Virus record (IMG/VR): IMGVR_UViG_3300028805_000070
Span: 69,083-133,082 of that record
Strand: one strand, 5' to 3'
DNA: 64,000 bases
DNA from: a virus
Lineage: Duplodnaviria; Caudoviricetes
The first letter of the stretch is position 1; every line of letters starts with the position of its first letter. The translations under genes were made by a program, and so were the position numbers. This document shows positions 1 to 11,530 of this stretch, piece by piece. Under the pieces are notes generated by a model. It did no database searches, had not been told where the DNA came from, and saw nothing but the letters and a program-made list of their open reading frames with translations.

Positions 1-3000
1 AACTCCTGTCGGTGTCAACAATGTAACCGTGTTCTTTAACTTATTCTTATCAATTACCGTACCAATAATTCTATGAAGTCTGAATACTCTTACTTCATTA
101 CCATCCTTTCCTGGAAACGTATACTCAACTTCTGGTTCTTCTGGTAAAGTAAAGAAATCATCATAATTATGAGCTGCGGCCGCCAATTCGTGTTCGTGGC
201 TATAAAAAGATACAGATTCCATTTCCCAATGAGAAATAGTTCCAGCGGCATATTTATCAAACATTTCTTGATATAGGCTATCATTTAGCTTTTTTAATAC
301 TTCATCTTTATGCCCTTTTAAATATACTCGCATTGGTTCCATTGCCTTCTTATATACATTATCCCACCGAGTTTGTGGAATTTCTATACCATTATCAATT
401 AAGTCGGCGCTGAAATTATTTCCAATGAAGTTCACAGCGGCTTCATTTAACTCATAATTATCACCATTCTTACAAGTCTTTAGATATCTATTAAATAAGA
501 ACAGCTTCTGGTAAAACTTCATATCTTCAGGAATCAAACCTTTATTAATTAACATCTGCATATTCTGCAACGTTAACCGTTCTTTCCTGTCTGCAATCAT
601 TCCAATATAATCCGCCATAATCTTCTCGCGTGGTTCGTTCATCAACGAATCAAATGCCCCGCATTTAATCAAATTAGACATTTGAATCTTATTAACTTTT
701 ACACGTTCTAGAAAATCATTCATTGACTTAAATGGACGTTGCGCCATGATATCTTTAATAATAGAAGTTGAAAGCCGCGTAATACCTCTTAACCCATACA
801 AAATGACATTATCTTTCACCACCGGAGTGAAAGTAAAAGAAGAATTATTAATATCGGGCGGCGAAACCTTAATACCATAAGTACTAAACTTTCCAATTGC
901 TGATGCGACTTTACCATAATCTACCGATTTGGTCTTTTCCTTTTTCTTATCTTCTTTTTCGCCCTCTATTACTTCATTTTCTTCTTCCCATTCTTCCAAC
1001 TCTTCTTCCGGATCTTCATCGGGCGCCGATTCAACTATAATTGAAGCTTCACCTTCATCATCATACTCAATCGTTTGTGCGCCGCCGCTATCTACTATTA
1101 AGTTTGCTGTATTCCAGAAAATAATTGGTTCAAACCGTGCAAGATTCATTTCTTGTAGAGCGACCATAGAATAGGCGTATGTGTGAGATGCGTTAAAGCC
1201 ATAACCACGACTTAGCGCGACCTCGACATTCCATACATATGAACAGAACTTCTCGCTGAGATGTTTTTCCTTTACTCGCGCGAAAAACTCAGTTGTTAAT
1301 TGCTCATACTCTTTTGGATTCTTTTTCGCAATACTTTTTCTCAAACGGTCTGCCCATTGTAAGTCCCAGCCGCCGCATTCTGGCAATTGAACCAACTGCA
1401 TAAACTGTTCTTGTGTAATTGACATTCCATCTGAAATATCCAGTTCCCTGTGAAGAATCGCTCGTTCATCATCCGTCAATCCATATTGAATCATTTCTCG
1501 TTCCCAATCATTAGGATTGAAACGGAATCTTGCATATTTATCCAATGGACTTTCGGCGCCCTTTTCAGTCGCCATTAGACGAATAACTGAATTCAAAACT
1601 GCTAATTCGTCTACTGTTCTTGGATGTGTTAATGCAATCCCTCTGGTTCCAGATTGCTGTTCCATCTGAAACAAACTAACAATTTCGTGATGTTGAATCA
1701 TATCCCACATCTTTTTATCATCACGATTTATTTTATACACATTAAGAACTGACTCATAAGTTTCGCGCAATGTTGCCTTTTTTTCTACATATCCTTGCTC
1801 TACCAATAAATCAAGACAAGTATGAATTTTATCCGCGGCTTCAACACTCAGCAAGTCCATTTTAATTTCAGAAACATCTTCCAAATCATGTAATTCAAAC
1901 TGAGTAATTATTGTGCCATCGGGCGCGCGCATCAGAGCACTAGAAGCAGTGAAATCTTCATCTTTAAAAACGACTCCTCCCGCGTGAATACCAACACCGC
2001 AAATCAATCCTTCAATACGACTCGCAACTTCCCATAACTGTGGATACTTACTAATCTCATTAATAAAAGTCTGATTTGGTTCAATCCCCGCTTCTTCATC
2101 ACCATAATACATTTGTTTCAATGTATATGATTGACCACGTTCAGCACTAATAAGATTTGCAATATAGGATGCTTCATCAACATCAATTCCCAATCCTCGT
2201 GCCGCCGTTAAAATTGCAGAACGAGATTTTTCGGTTCTAAAAGTTGCTACATTTGAGACTCGATTTTCGCCATATACTTTTCTCAAATATTCCAATACTT
2301 GCCCTCGACGCAGCCCTTCAATATCCACATCGATATCGAGAACAGAAACACGGGCAGGATTAAGGAAACGCCAAGGATACATCTTAGTCTTTTCCCGAAG
2401 GCAATTTATTTGTATGATATCCAGCGCATACAGAAGAACAAATCCACCACCGGAACCTCGCGCCGGGAGAACAATACTCCCGGCATTCCAACATTCATCT
2501 ATAATCTTTTGTAGATTTAAGAAATATGCTGACCATTGCGCTTTATTAACCTGAGAAGACTCCCAAGTCATTTCAAGACATTCATTTAATGCATCAAATG
2601 CATCTACATTTTGCAAATCTTCATGTTTTTTGATACCCTCAATTAGAGCCATTACTAATGTTCTATCTGCTTTATACTCTGACTTAATAAAATGCACCAA
2701 AGCAGGCATCTTATGAATATAAAAATCTAATTCTTGACTATCAATTTCTGAAGGAAATTCACGCCACGGAAGATTTGGAATTTTCAGTGGTTTCAAAATA
2801 CTAAAATCTTCACACCTATCCTTAATCTCTTTAATTGCTGAGTATGCGGCTTGAAGTTCATCTTCATTTAAATATGGAAAGAAACTTCTAATCTCTTCAT
2901 CCGACATCATATACGTTGTGGCATAGAATGAACGGACTTCACGCTCACCATCCTGAGAATTAAGGAATGCTTCGTGAACTGCCGCATCTTCTGGCCGCCC

Positions 3001-3712
3001 ATAATGGCTATCAGTTGTGATTATATATTTAATTCCAAGCTCTTTACTAATTTGCAATAGATGTTTATTTACAAATACCTGTTCCTTTCCATTTGAAGGT
3101 TGCATCTCCAAATAGAAATTTCCTTTACCAAAAATATCTTCAATATATAAACACCAACGTTTTGCTGTTTCATAATATTCTTCATTATCAGTATCCATAT
3201 ATTGAAGAAGAAACTTATCTAATTGCGAACCTAAACAAGCACTACTTGCAATCAAATGTCCTTGATTTGGTTTTACAATTTCTTTTAAGTCCGAATAGTA
3301 AGTTGGACGTCGCCGCATTTTTCTACTCATATATGAGCGATTCCAGGCCCGAGTTGAAAGTTCGCAAATTTGATGATAGCCTTCCAAATCTCGCGCCAAA
3401 AGGATAAAGTGGAAATACTTATCTTTCGTTCTATCGAAATTTTTTGCGTTTAAACCATTACGAGTTAAGTAAATCTCGTTACCACGAATTAATTTAAAGT
3501 CTGGATGGTCTTTTTTTATTTTCTTATAATATTTTTCAGCCTTGATATAACTTGATATAGTTTCATGGTCTGTGATTGCTACGCATTCGTGTCCGAGCTG
3601 TATTGCAAGATTAAACAAATCTTCAATACGATTTGTGCTATCTCGTAGGGTTTCATTACTAAACATTGTGTGGTTCCTAATTATGAAGACTTCCAGGATA
3701 AGTCATCTTCAT
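1..3712 (-). CDS. dnaE: DNA polymerase III alpha subunit (DnaE-type), C-terminus beyond the left edge; 7-nt frame discontinuity at about 3673-3682
   Basis: Manually translated open frame 3675->1 has no stop: AITDHE (PHP), ITTDSHY, RGSGGG, RFLNPAR, catalytic DIDVD, GIHAGG, KMDLL, GYGFNASH. SD AAAGGAGGTG precedes ATG 3712 (MKMTYPGSLHN-TAG). Missing from the ORF track because it runs off the window. Confidence 0.95.
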
Positions 3713-4431
3713 ATAGGTACCACCTCCTTTCGTGCTTCATTACGCACATTTTTATTATAATTATGTAAATATTTCCAAGTTCTGCATCTATTTATATCAT
3801 ACAATATATTTAAACTAATGTCAAGATCTCGTGACAATTGAGCCAATGAACGAGTATCATTTTTTAATAATTCAATAATTTCTCTTGCTTGATTTTCTGT
3901 AATTTTATTTGTACCTAATTCACCATTATGAGTATTACGCTGTTCATTTCGCAATAATAATGATTCTTGACGAATATTCTTAACATAATTATGTAGGTGA
4001 CCCCAAGTTCTACATCTATTAATAAAATCAATTGTATTTATATGTACATTAAATTGTTCTGCAATTTCACGATTGTTTAATTTACATTCTTCTAATAGAT
4101 GAATAATTTGTAAAACCTCTTTATCATTTAATTTGGCTTGAATATTATTTTCTCCTCGATAACAGTTTCCTCCCTTAATTAAATTATATCCATTTTGAAT
4201 TGAATCATAATATTCAATCCAATACTTTTCTCGCTCATCCAATAATTCAACTGGACATTCTTCAATAATAGAGAAAGTGAAATTATCGCGTTCATTGCGT
4301 AGAGCATCATCTATTTTAGAATAAGGTGAAGGATTATAAAGATGATCTTGCTTTCGTTTTGAAATGTTTGTACTTTGTCCTATATATTTTTTATGAGTTT
4401 CTTTATGTTCAAACATATAAATACCTATCAT
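3709..4431 (-). CDS. Free-standing GIY-YIG homing endonuclease
   Basis: GIY...YIG N-terminus, ERE..WI and GYN motifs, duplicated C-terminal HTH-like repeat; TGA stop overlaps the dnaE ATG (ATGA). Confidence 0.9.
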   Translation of the reverse strand: MIGIYMFEHKETHKKYIGQSTNISKRKQDHLYNPSPYSKIDDALRNERDNFTFSIIEECPVELLDEREKYWIEYYDSIQNGYNLIKGGNCYRGENNIQAKLNDKEVLQIIHLLEECKLNNREIAEQFNVHINTIDFINRCRTWGHLHNYVKNIRQESLLLRNEQRNTHNGELGTNKITENQAREIIELLKNDTRSLAQLSRDLDISLNILYDINRCRTWKYLHNYNKNVRNEARKEVVPI

Positions 4432-4482
4432 ATTTATTCACCTCCCTATCTATATCAATTATATCATAAATTTTATTAAAAG

Positions 4483-4881
4483 TCAAAAGTAATCTGGGAA
4501 TACCTTCATTAGTTTCTCATAAGCTGATTCTTTCTTTAAACTTGGACAATAATCATACTGAATATCATCTACTTCATTCCATACTTGCGCTTGATTACGG
4601 GTTAAGTCTAACTCAGTCGCAATTACTAGCCTATCTTGATAAGATGCTCCATCATAGTACCAGTATCCATATTCATTCCAAAGCATATAATATTCAGTAC
4701 GTTCCTTATTTACAACATAGTAAACATCTGGCGCCAAATTCGGATTATCATTTTCACGCATATATTCAAGAAAACACTTATCTTGTGTATTAACTTCCAA
4801 TTTAAGTTCTGGCGTGCGAGTACCCATGAATACATGGCCTTGCGCTATCTGAGGGTACATCTTATAAATTTCAAAAATCAT
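4483..4881 (-). CDS. hypothetical protein
   Basis: ORF track, co-oriented with neighbours. Confidence 0.65.
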   Translation of the reverse strand: MIFEIYKMYPQIAQGHVFMGTRTPELKLEVNTQDKCFLEYMRENDNPNLAPDVYYVVNKERTEYYMLWNEYGYWYYDGASYQDRLVIATELDLTRNQAQVWNEVDDIQYDYCPSLKKESAYEKLMKVFPDYF

Positions 4882-5031
4882 TTTATATTATCTAGCCATC
4901 CCATCTGCCACATACGGAATAGGATATTATCTATTACAGCCATTTCTTCCGGACTATCTTCTATATTCGTGCCTTCAATTAGTTTTTCTCGACACATTTG
5001 AATTAATTCTTCTCTGTTATCATCGCACGTA

Positions 5032-6804
5032 TTAAAATTCATATTTACTCTCATCCTCTTTCAATTCATAATCATCAATAAATACTTGAACCGAAGTGCG
5101 CCCATTGAACGTATTAAGGTTTGCGCGCCCATATATAGTAAGCATCTTTGTTCTATCTTCCATTACTTGCTCTACAAAATCTGAATCTTTAAAGCGTACA
5201 TAGTCGATATTGTTGTATGAAATTTTCATACTGTCCTTATTTGCGCCCATAGGCATCACACTCATAAGCGGAATATTTTCTACTACAATTCGTACTTCAT
5301 CAATATGATTACCAAAGTATTCTGGATGAGAGGCAAGCGCAGCGATAAGTTCATCGTTATAATCAGATGCTTTTAAAATATAATCTACAAGATAACAATT
5401 CTCAAAGTCTGATGAACTTAGGTGCTTATTAGCATAATCAATAAGAGAATCAACTCTATTTCCATTTAAGCCCCAGCCACAAGCATTATCATGCCCAGCG
5501 GTATAATTAAGCAATTTGCTATCTTCCAAGAACTTTTTAAAGCTCGGTAAGCCTGCGAAATTCCCGTCTGAACGAATACTTCCTTGAATTTCATTATCAT
5601 TATTGCGGCGGCCAATCATTACGGGCTTATGGTATTTAGAAACCACGTTCATAGCAATGAGGCCAGTCAGTTCTTGTGGGATATTATCAGAATTATCTAG
5701 CTCAACTAAGATGATATTATTCGCATCCAAACAATCTTTTTGAATCTTAAAATCTACTATTCCAAGCGCTTGTTCCTTTAACCGGTCTTGGCGCGCTTTT
5801 GCGTTTTTGCCTACGCGTGCAGTCTGCTCTGCGGCAGTCTCAGTATCACCAGGTTTCGCGCCACGTTTTGTGCTCTTCATTTCACGCCTAGGTTCAATAA
5901 AACAATAGAACATTGTTTCTTTTTCTTCCATAGTGCCCACGCGAGTAATTGCATTAATAAGAGGAGCAATATAAAAAGCAATATCAATAGGAGTTAATCC
6001 ATTATAGGGGAAAATAGCTTTTTCTTTTAAAGAGAAAGCCTGCGCTTCAATTAAAGTTTTAAATCCTTCATTCTGAATATATGATAATCCTTCCATCATA
6101 ATATAATTAGTTTCGGTATCTGTTCTATCCATAACGTCAGCAATTTCTCCTAATGCCGCGAGATCCATATAATTCTGAGCTTGGTCTATTCCTAAAATAT
6201 CATCCAATACTTCACAAAACTTATATACTACTCCCGCGCCACACAAAGATTTATTAGAATACTCTGGTGAGAGTTGATTATTTACTATAATGGTATTTGG
6301 ATAGTCAGATATAATAGGATTTCCTTGTGTATCATATTCCTGCTCGTGATGGTCTAGACAAATGACATCCATTCCTAGTTCGCCGCAGCGCCGATGTTCA
6401 TCTTTATCATAACTGCTTGAATCTGGGCATAGTATTAAATCATAGTCTGGATTGTCTTCTAGCCACTCAATCTTATCATCCAAACCGTGCTGTTTATGGT
6501 TATGTACTGTAAAATGCAAATCAGCATTTGGGAAAATATGTTTTATATAGAGCCATAAGATTGCGCTGCTTGTAAATCCATCAGCATCGCAATCTACGTT
6601 GAAAAGAATAGAACTTCCTTTGCGTAAATGATATAGTAGTCGTTCTGCCGCCGCATCAATATTTTTTAATAAATGTGGATTAAGTTCACAAGCAGATGTT
6701 GGATACATAAAATTCTCAATATCTTGAACGCCGCGGTCACGAAGAACATCTTCTAGCGCGCCTTCCGGGTCGGTCGTGTATTTCTTTCTTAGCTTATACT
6801 TCAT
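5032..6804 (-). CDS. recJ: RecJ-like ssDNA exonuclease (DHH family)
   Basis: DCDADG, LDHH, LCGAGV, GEIAD, GSIRS and AGHDNA motifs. Confidence 0.9.
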   Translation of the reverse strand: MKYKLRKKYTTDPEGALEDVLRDRGVQDIENFMYPTSACELNPHLLKNIDAAAERLLYHLRKGSSILFNVDCDADGFTSSAILWLYIKHIFPNADLHFTVHNHKQHGLDDKIEWLEDNPDYDLILCPDSSSYDKDEHRRCGELGMDVICLDHHEQEYDTQGNPIISDYPNTIIVNNQLSPEYSNKSLCGAGVVYKFCEVLDDILGIDQAQNYMDLAALGEIADVMDRTDTETNYIMMEGLSYIQNEGFKTLIEAQAFSLKEKAIFPYNGLTPIDIAFYIAPLINAITRVGTMEEKETMFYCFIEPRREMKSTKRGAKPGDTETAAEQTARVGKNAKARQDRLKEQALGIVDFKIQKDCLDANNIILVELDNSDNIPQELTGLIAMNVVSKYHKPVMIGRRNNDNEIQGSIRSDGNFAGLPSFKKFLEDSKLLNYTAGHDNACGWGLNGNRVDSLIDYANKHLSSSDFENCYLVDYILKASDYNDELIAALASHPEYFGNHIDEVRIVVENIPLMSVMPMGANKDSMKISYNNIDYVRFKDSDFVEQVMEDRTKMLTIYGRANLNTFNGRTSVQVFIDDYELKEDESKYEF

Positions 6805-6996
6805 TCTTTTTCACCCACTTTCTTAGCATTACTTAGAACTAATGAGTCAGAATTAAGATAAACCGGAATATCCTCTTTATCACTCTTCAAATAAATTACA
6901 TAACAATCACCGCTATTACTTATACTAAAGGAATGAACGGTGCCACGCATAGTTAATTCAATTTCATCATTAATATCAAATAATGTCGTCATTTTA

Positions 6997-8118
6997 TTAC
7001 CTCACTCTTATTCTAGTCTTATAAAGTTGCTCAAATACTTCTTTCCCCTTATCATATGGAGAATCTTTTTCTGCAAGTAAGTTATCCATATCCCATATAT
7101 AATAAAAAGTTGCTTGGCCTGCATATTTTCGGCAGGCTGCTTCAATTCTTTTTCTATATTCGCGCGCCTTTTCAGTGCGCCAATCTGTATATTCTTTATC
7201 AAAGGCAATTGTTATCTCATTCGCGCCCAAAATATTAGTTAGCAAGTTAATTTGATATTTATTAATTTTTGAGCCGCAACACGCTACCGCATTTGCCCAT
7301 TGCCCATAATACCCGTCATCTAGAAGAACAGATTTTTCACCTTCAACAATAATGGCACTTTGACGCTTTCTAATTGCATTTTGATGTTCATATATTCCAT
7401 ATAAATTAAAATGTAATGGATGTGCGTATAATACGTTTCCTAGCTGCAATGGCCGATATTTACCATATTGTTCTGCTTCTTCTTCATCTAAGGTTCGCGC
7501 GCGAATTCCCACTAAATTCCCATCTAAATCCAAATGTGGAATTGTTATTTTATTTTGCGCCAGAGAAAAACCAATATGAAATTTATCCATAATTTCTGGC
7601 TTGATTCCATCCTTTAACCAAAGAGGATGGTGATATGATGGAAAATAAGTTAGCATAGTTCGAGGATACTGGGTTAGATGCGGAATAGAAGAATCAAACT
7701 TGTATTTATCTATATTAAAGTCTGAGCGGTATTTTTTCGCGCCTGTAACTATAAGATGCTTAATGCTTTTTTTCACATAATCTACTGCTTCTTCAAAACT
7801 AACATTGTGATAGTTGATGTGCATAAATTTTTGATACAGCGTGAAAATTGACATTGCCTCATTACATTCTGTATAGCATCGGAATATCTTATTATTCTGA
7901 TACCAATATAGTTTCATAGATTCGGCTTCTTCTAATGGATTATGACAGATGGTTGGGCAGACCAAGTATCCTTTATCTTCATACATAGCTATCTGTTCTA
8001 CTCCCAACCCTTCTAAGAAATTCTGTACATCCTCCAAAGTAATAGAATTGACAATATCTTGAAGACTAATATCCAATAATTCTAGTTCTTCATCCGCGCC
8101 TTGTAATGTGGCGAGCAT
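6997..8118 (-). CDS. DNA primase (DnaG-like, Zn domain + TOPRIM)
   Basis: Cys/His Zn motif, ITIPH..GNLVGIRAR, VEGEKS, AFDKE; adjacent to the helicase. Confidence 0.85.
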   Translation of the reverse strand: MLATLQGADEELELLDISLQDIVNSITLEDVQNFLEGLGVEQIAMYEDKGYLVCPTICHNPLEEAESMKLYWYQNNKIFRCYTECNEAMSIFTLYQKFMHINYHNVSFEEAVDYVKKSIKHLIVTGAKKYRSDFNIDKYKFDSSIPHLTQYPRTMLTYFPSYHHPLWLKDGIKPEIMDKFHIGFSLAQNKITIPHLDLDGNLVGIRARTLDEEEAEQYGKYRPLQLGNVLYAHPLHFNLYGIYEHQNAIRKRQSAIIVEGEKSVLLDDGYYGQWANAVACCGSKINKYQINLLTNILGANEITIAFDKEYTDWRTEKAREYRKRIEAACRKYAGQATFYYIWDMDNLLAEKDSPYDKGKEVFEQLYKTRIRVR

Positions 8119-8133
8119 TTATTACTCTCCTTC

Positions 8134-9717
8134 CTATATCTTAATTACTCGTTCACTGCTACTCGAAAACAAATCAATCGGCTCATTAATAGGTTGATTT
8201 TCCGCAGTTGTAATAAATAAATCTTCTCGTTCTCCGGTACCAAGATGTAATCTTGTCCAGATACGAACCATTTTATAGCGGCCACGCCGCATCTTATAAA
8301 TATCCAATACGTGTGTTGGTCTATTATCAAAGATAGTTGATGAAATCACTCCTTCTCGTGCAGCTACTTTCAACCCTGGTAATACTGAATTCCACGCCTT
8401 ATCTGAAATACGTTGCATTCCATATCCCATATCGGCCTTATCTGCCACAGCCTTAGACCCACGAATTGTCTTTTCATCCATAAAAGGAAGGTCATCCATA
8501 TTCATTCCAGCCGCATTTACCTGTGTTGCTGAAAATATAAATAAACCATAATCTTTTGCTAGCTGTTTCAGCTGATTAGCCAGCATCATCAGTATAACAT
8601 CCTCGCGTATATTATTTCTGGTGAATTGAGAAATCATACTCGCAGTACTATGTATATAGTCAAAGAATACATATTTTACATTATCTACTGTCGCATACTT
8701 ACGAATCGTTGCTTCTACATTTTGTAGATTTGGATCGCTAATTTCTTCAATCAAAAAATATCCACTATATTCTTCCATAATTTTACCGGCACATTTTACT
8801 CTTGTCAACTCTCCTAGTTCATAATGCCCCGTTAAAATATGATCTTCATCCACCCCAGATAAATAAGCCAACATAATTGTTTGAACTTCTTCTTTATCCA
8901 TTTCTGTCACAATAAACAGAACTTTACGAGGTTCTCGTGGATCGCCAGTCGCATCTATCTCTTCAATAAATGCTTGTTGTGTATGCGACCAACGTTTTGG
9001 ATATGCGAGATGACAAGCATCAAAAATACTTGTACGAGTTTTACCTGCACTCGTACTTGCACTTTTTAAGAAAAAACATCCATCTCGCGCCCCGCGACAT
9101 ACTGAGCTAAATATCTTCCCTTCCAAACTCGGCCCAATACTTGGCGATTTACGTAAGTCTTCAATTAACTCAAAAATTCCTTCCGCCGGATCACCTTTAA
9201 GTCGGCCGCCATTCAGAAACTCATTTCTAATTTCTGAATAATTCTTCTCTACACTATTTAATATATCTTCCAATGATGATTCATTGAAATGCTGTATTAC
9301 TTGCTGTTCTCTTGCTGGATCTACTGTACTTCTTTCATCAATATAAAATTCACTAATATCATAATTGGCTCTTTGTAACTTTCTTAAAAGTGAGCATTTC
9401 TTTAATCTATCATAATAAATTTTAAAGTTGCCTAAACTCGCGGTTTCATATGCGTTTTTTACGAAGTCTAATCCGCCCTCGCTTTTATATATTTGCAATG
9501 CCGCGCCGCCATTACGTTCAATCTCTTGGTCTATTTCAAGTACAGATAATTCCATTGCGCCCGCAGCATACATTTTTTTAATTACGTTAAAACATATTCG
9601 TGCGGGCTTATAATCAAAGTCTACTGGATTAATATCCTGATATTCCAAAAGTAATTGAGGCTGATACATTAAGCAACCGATAACATTGCGATAAGCCGCA
9701 TTATCGGATAACGTCAT
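8134..9717 (-). CDS. Replicative DnaB-like helicase
   Basis: Walker A-like ASTSAGKT, TEM, Walker B FFDYIH, ATQVN, IRGSKAVADKAD, KMRRG; ends in TAG with a backup TAA at 8122. Confidence 0.85.
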   Translation of the reverse strand: MTLSDNAAYRNVIGCLMYQPQLLLEYQDINPVDFDYKPARICFNVIKKMYAAGAMELSVLEIDQEIERNGGAALQIYKSEGGLDFVKNAYETASLGNFKIYYDRLKKCSLLRKLQRANYDISEFYIDERSTVDPAREQQVIQHFNESSLEDILNSVEKNYSEIRNEFLNGGRLKGDPAEGIFELIEDLRKSPSIGPSLEGKIFSSVCRGARDGCFFLKSASTSAGKTRTSIFDACHLAYPKRWSHTQQAFIEEIDATGDPREPRKVLFIVTEMDKEEVQTIMLAYLSGVDEDHILTGHYELGELTRVKCAGKIMEEYSGYFLIEEISDPNLQNVEATIRKYATVDNVKYVFFDYIHSTASMISQFTRNNIREDVILMMLANQLKQLAKDYGLFIFSATQVNAAGMNMDDLPFMDEKTIRGSKAVADKADMGYGMQRISDKAWNSVLPGLKVAAREGVISSTIFDNRPTHVLDIYKMRRGRYKMVRIWTRLHLGTGEREDLFITTAENQPINEPIDLFSSSSERVIKI

Positions 9718-9728
9718 ATAATTCCTCC

Positions 9729-10217
9729 TTAGTCGTCAAATAGCCCATCTTCCAAACTAATTTCTTTGCGCTTTGTTTTATTTTCACGAATTGGCACAAC
9801 GTATTCCTTCATTTCGGTATTTGCAATTGCTGCGGCCATACTTGCCCCTTCGGCTTGTTTTTGTTCCTTCCACTTTCGTGTTTCTTCCATATTGCGCGGA
9901 TTTACCAATCCCAATGTATCAGAAAGTTTCTTCATCTGTTTTACATTGTAAATATAATCTAAGCAATCAATGATTGCATCGTCCGTATATCCGTACTCAT
10001 TTTGAAGTCGTTTACGTTGTGTCCAGATTACTGGCCCTGGCGCCTTAATACCAAAAATTTGGCATACCTTATTTGAAAAGCGTTCGCGCGCCTGCTTCTC
10101 CGCTAAACATTTTGGACAATACCAATTTGAAGTTTTACCTGTGATGGATGTATACTCTACCAATTCGGTTTTCCTAAATTGTTCTTTACATCCACTACAC
10201 TGTCTTGTTAGTTTCAT
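9729..10217 (-). CDS. Zn-finger protein, possible helicase-loader or replication accessory
   Basis: CxxC...CxxC, directly upstream of the helicase. Confidence 0.5.
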   Translation of the reverse strand: MKLTRQCSGCKEQFRKTELVEYTSITGKTSNWYCPKCLAEKQARERFSNKVCQIFGIKAPGPVIWTQRKRLQNEYGYTDDAIIDCLDYIYNVKQMKKLSDTLGLVNPRNMEETRKWKEQKQAEGASMAAAIANTEMKEYVVPIRENKTKRKEISLEDGLFDD

Positions 10218-10302
10218 CTATTTCACTCCTATACTATCTCTTTATTTTATTATAGCATAGATTACGAAAAATGTCAAATAAAAAAGACCCTTGCGGGTCT
10301 AA

Positions 10303-10484
10303 AATGCTGGTGAGGATTTGCACCTTACATACGGGCTTTATTCTCCACGGTTCCGAGTTTTAATGTCCTCTGCGACTGGTACAGCTTTTTCGGCGCGTAG
10401 TCTCAACCCTCGCATGCCCGCCAACCGTCTACTGCTGCATTCCTGTGGATTTGTATTTGTGTCTACCTATTCCACCACTACATT
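10303..10484 (-). ncRNA. tRNA-like RNA with about 130 nt replacing the anticodon arm
   Basis: 5' GTAGTGGTGGAATAGGTAGACAC (Leu-type D arm), 3' GTAAGGTGCAAATCCTCACCAGCA (T arm + acceptor); followed by a terminator hairpin. Confidence 0.55.
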
Positions 10485-10488
10485 ATAA

Positions 10489-11493
10489 TTACATAAGCTG
10501 CTTTACTTCATCAATAAAGTATTCAACTAAGCTACTTTGAGAAGGTACCGCCTGACTTAGCTTAAAGTCCTCAGACCCGAATACTTTCTTAATAATATCC
10601 TTCATAATCATCAGATGCTGATCCTTATTCTCTTCACCGCCAAGGTCAAGATACTTAATCCAAATTTCTTTGGCTTCAGCCATAACCTCGCCGAATGGCC
10701 TGTCCTTAATTTGGGCGATTTCGGTATGGTCAGTTACCTGTGCGCCATCTTTTTCAACTGCTTCATCAATTGCATCACCTATCGCATCCACCAACTCTTG
10801 GTAACCGAATTTAATTTTAGGTGCCAGATACTGATAGCGGCTTCCAGCAAATACTGTCGGTGTTGAACGTGTATATAGAAAACGTTCAGAAGTTCCATCA
10901 GGATTCATCTGCACCTGTAGATAACCAATAATATCAACAATTGAATTAATAATAGTATAAGCCTGATTTGGAAGATCTGGACATACAGCAGTAATTTCAT
11001 TACCATCTTCATCACGCATTTCAGTAGGCTTATCCTTACTATGCGCGATAAAAAGAATTCCAAAACCAAGTAGCGTAATCTCACGCCAGAATTCAGAGAA
11101 CTCAGTTTTCAGCATATTCCAACCTTGTCCCCAAGGTACATCACGAATACTGTCTACATTCTCTCTCTGACAAATATATTTTTCACACAGCTGCCACGCA
11201 ATAGAAGCAGTATCAACTACGATACTATCATACATTTCCTTAGCCTGAGGTTTGCGTAGCTGTGTAAGAACTTTCTTAGCATCAGTCCAACGTAGAATAG
11301 GAACCGCGCGAATACCAGCTAGAGCATTAGTTCCTTGTTCAAAATTAAGGAATAGAGAACGAGGTAGCTGGCTACCAAACGTGGACTTACCAGTCTTAGG
11401 CTGGCCGTAAATCAGCAAGAACTTGCCTTTAAGGTCACGCGAAATCTTGGAGGGCTCCAAACTAAAAATATCAATATCTGCCATTTTATTCAC
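10489..11493 (-). CDS. AAA_24 / Sak4-like recombination ATPase
   Basis: LLIYGQPKTGKST, IVVDT, FIAHSKDK, DIIGY. Confidence 0.8.
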   Translation of the reverse strand: MNKMADIDIFSLEPSKISRDLKGKFLLIYGQPKTGKSTFGSQLPRSLFLNFEQGTNALAGIRAVPILRWTDAKKVLTQLRKPQAKEMYDSIVVDTASIAWQLCEKYICQRENVDSIRDVPWGQGWNMLKTEFSEFWREITLLGFGILFIAHSKDKPTEMRDEDGNEITAVCPDLPNQAYTIINSIVDIIGYLQVQMNPDGTSERFLYTRSTPTVFAGSRYQYLAPKIKFGYQELVDAIGDAIDEAVEKDGAQVTDHTEIAQIKDRPFGEVMAEAKEIWIKYLDLGGEENKDQHLMIMKDIIKKVFGSEDFKLSQAVPSQSSLVEYFIDEVKQLM

Positions 11494-11530
11494 CTCTTTT
11501 CAGTAAGAAAAGGAAAGTAAGGCTTACGCC

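Noticed and set aside
3660-4486. GIY-YIG gene as part of a group I intron in dnaE
   Set aside because: The nuclease has its own promoter and SD, there is no upstream exon or intron core, and the dnaE start lies downstream of it
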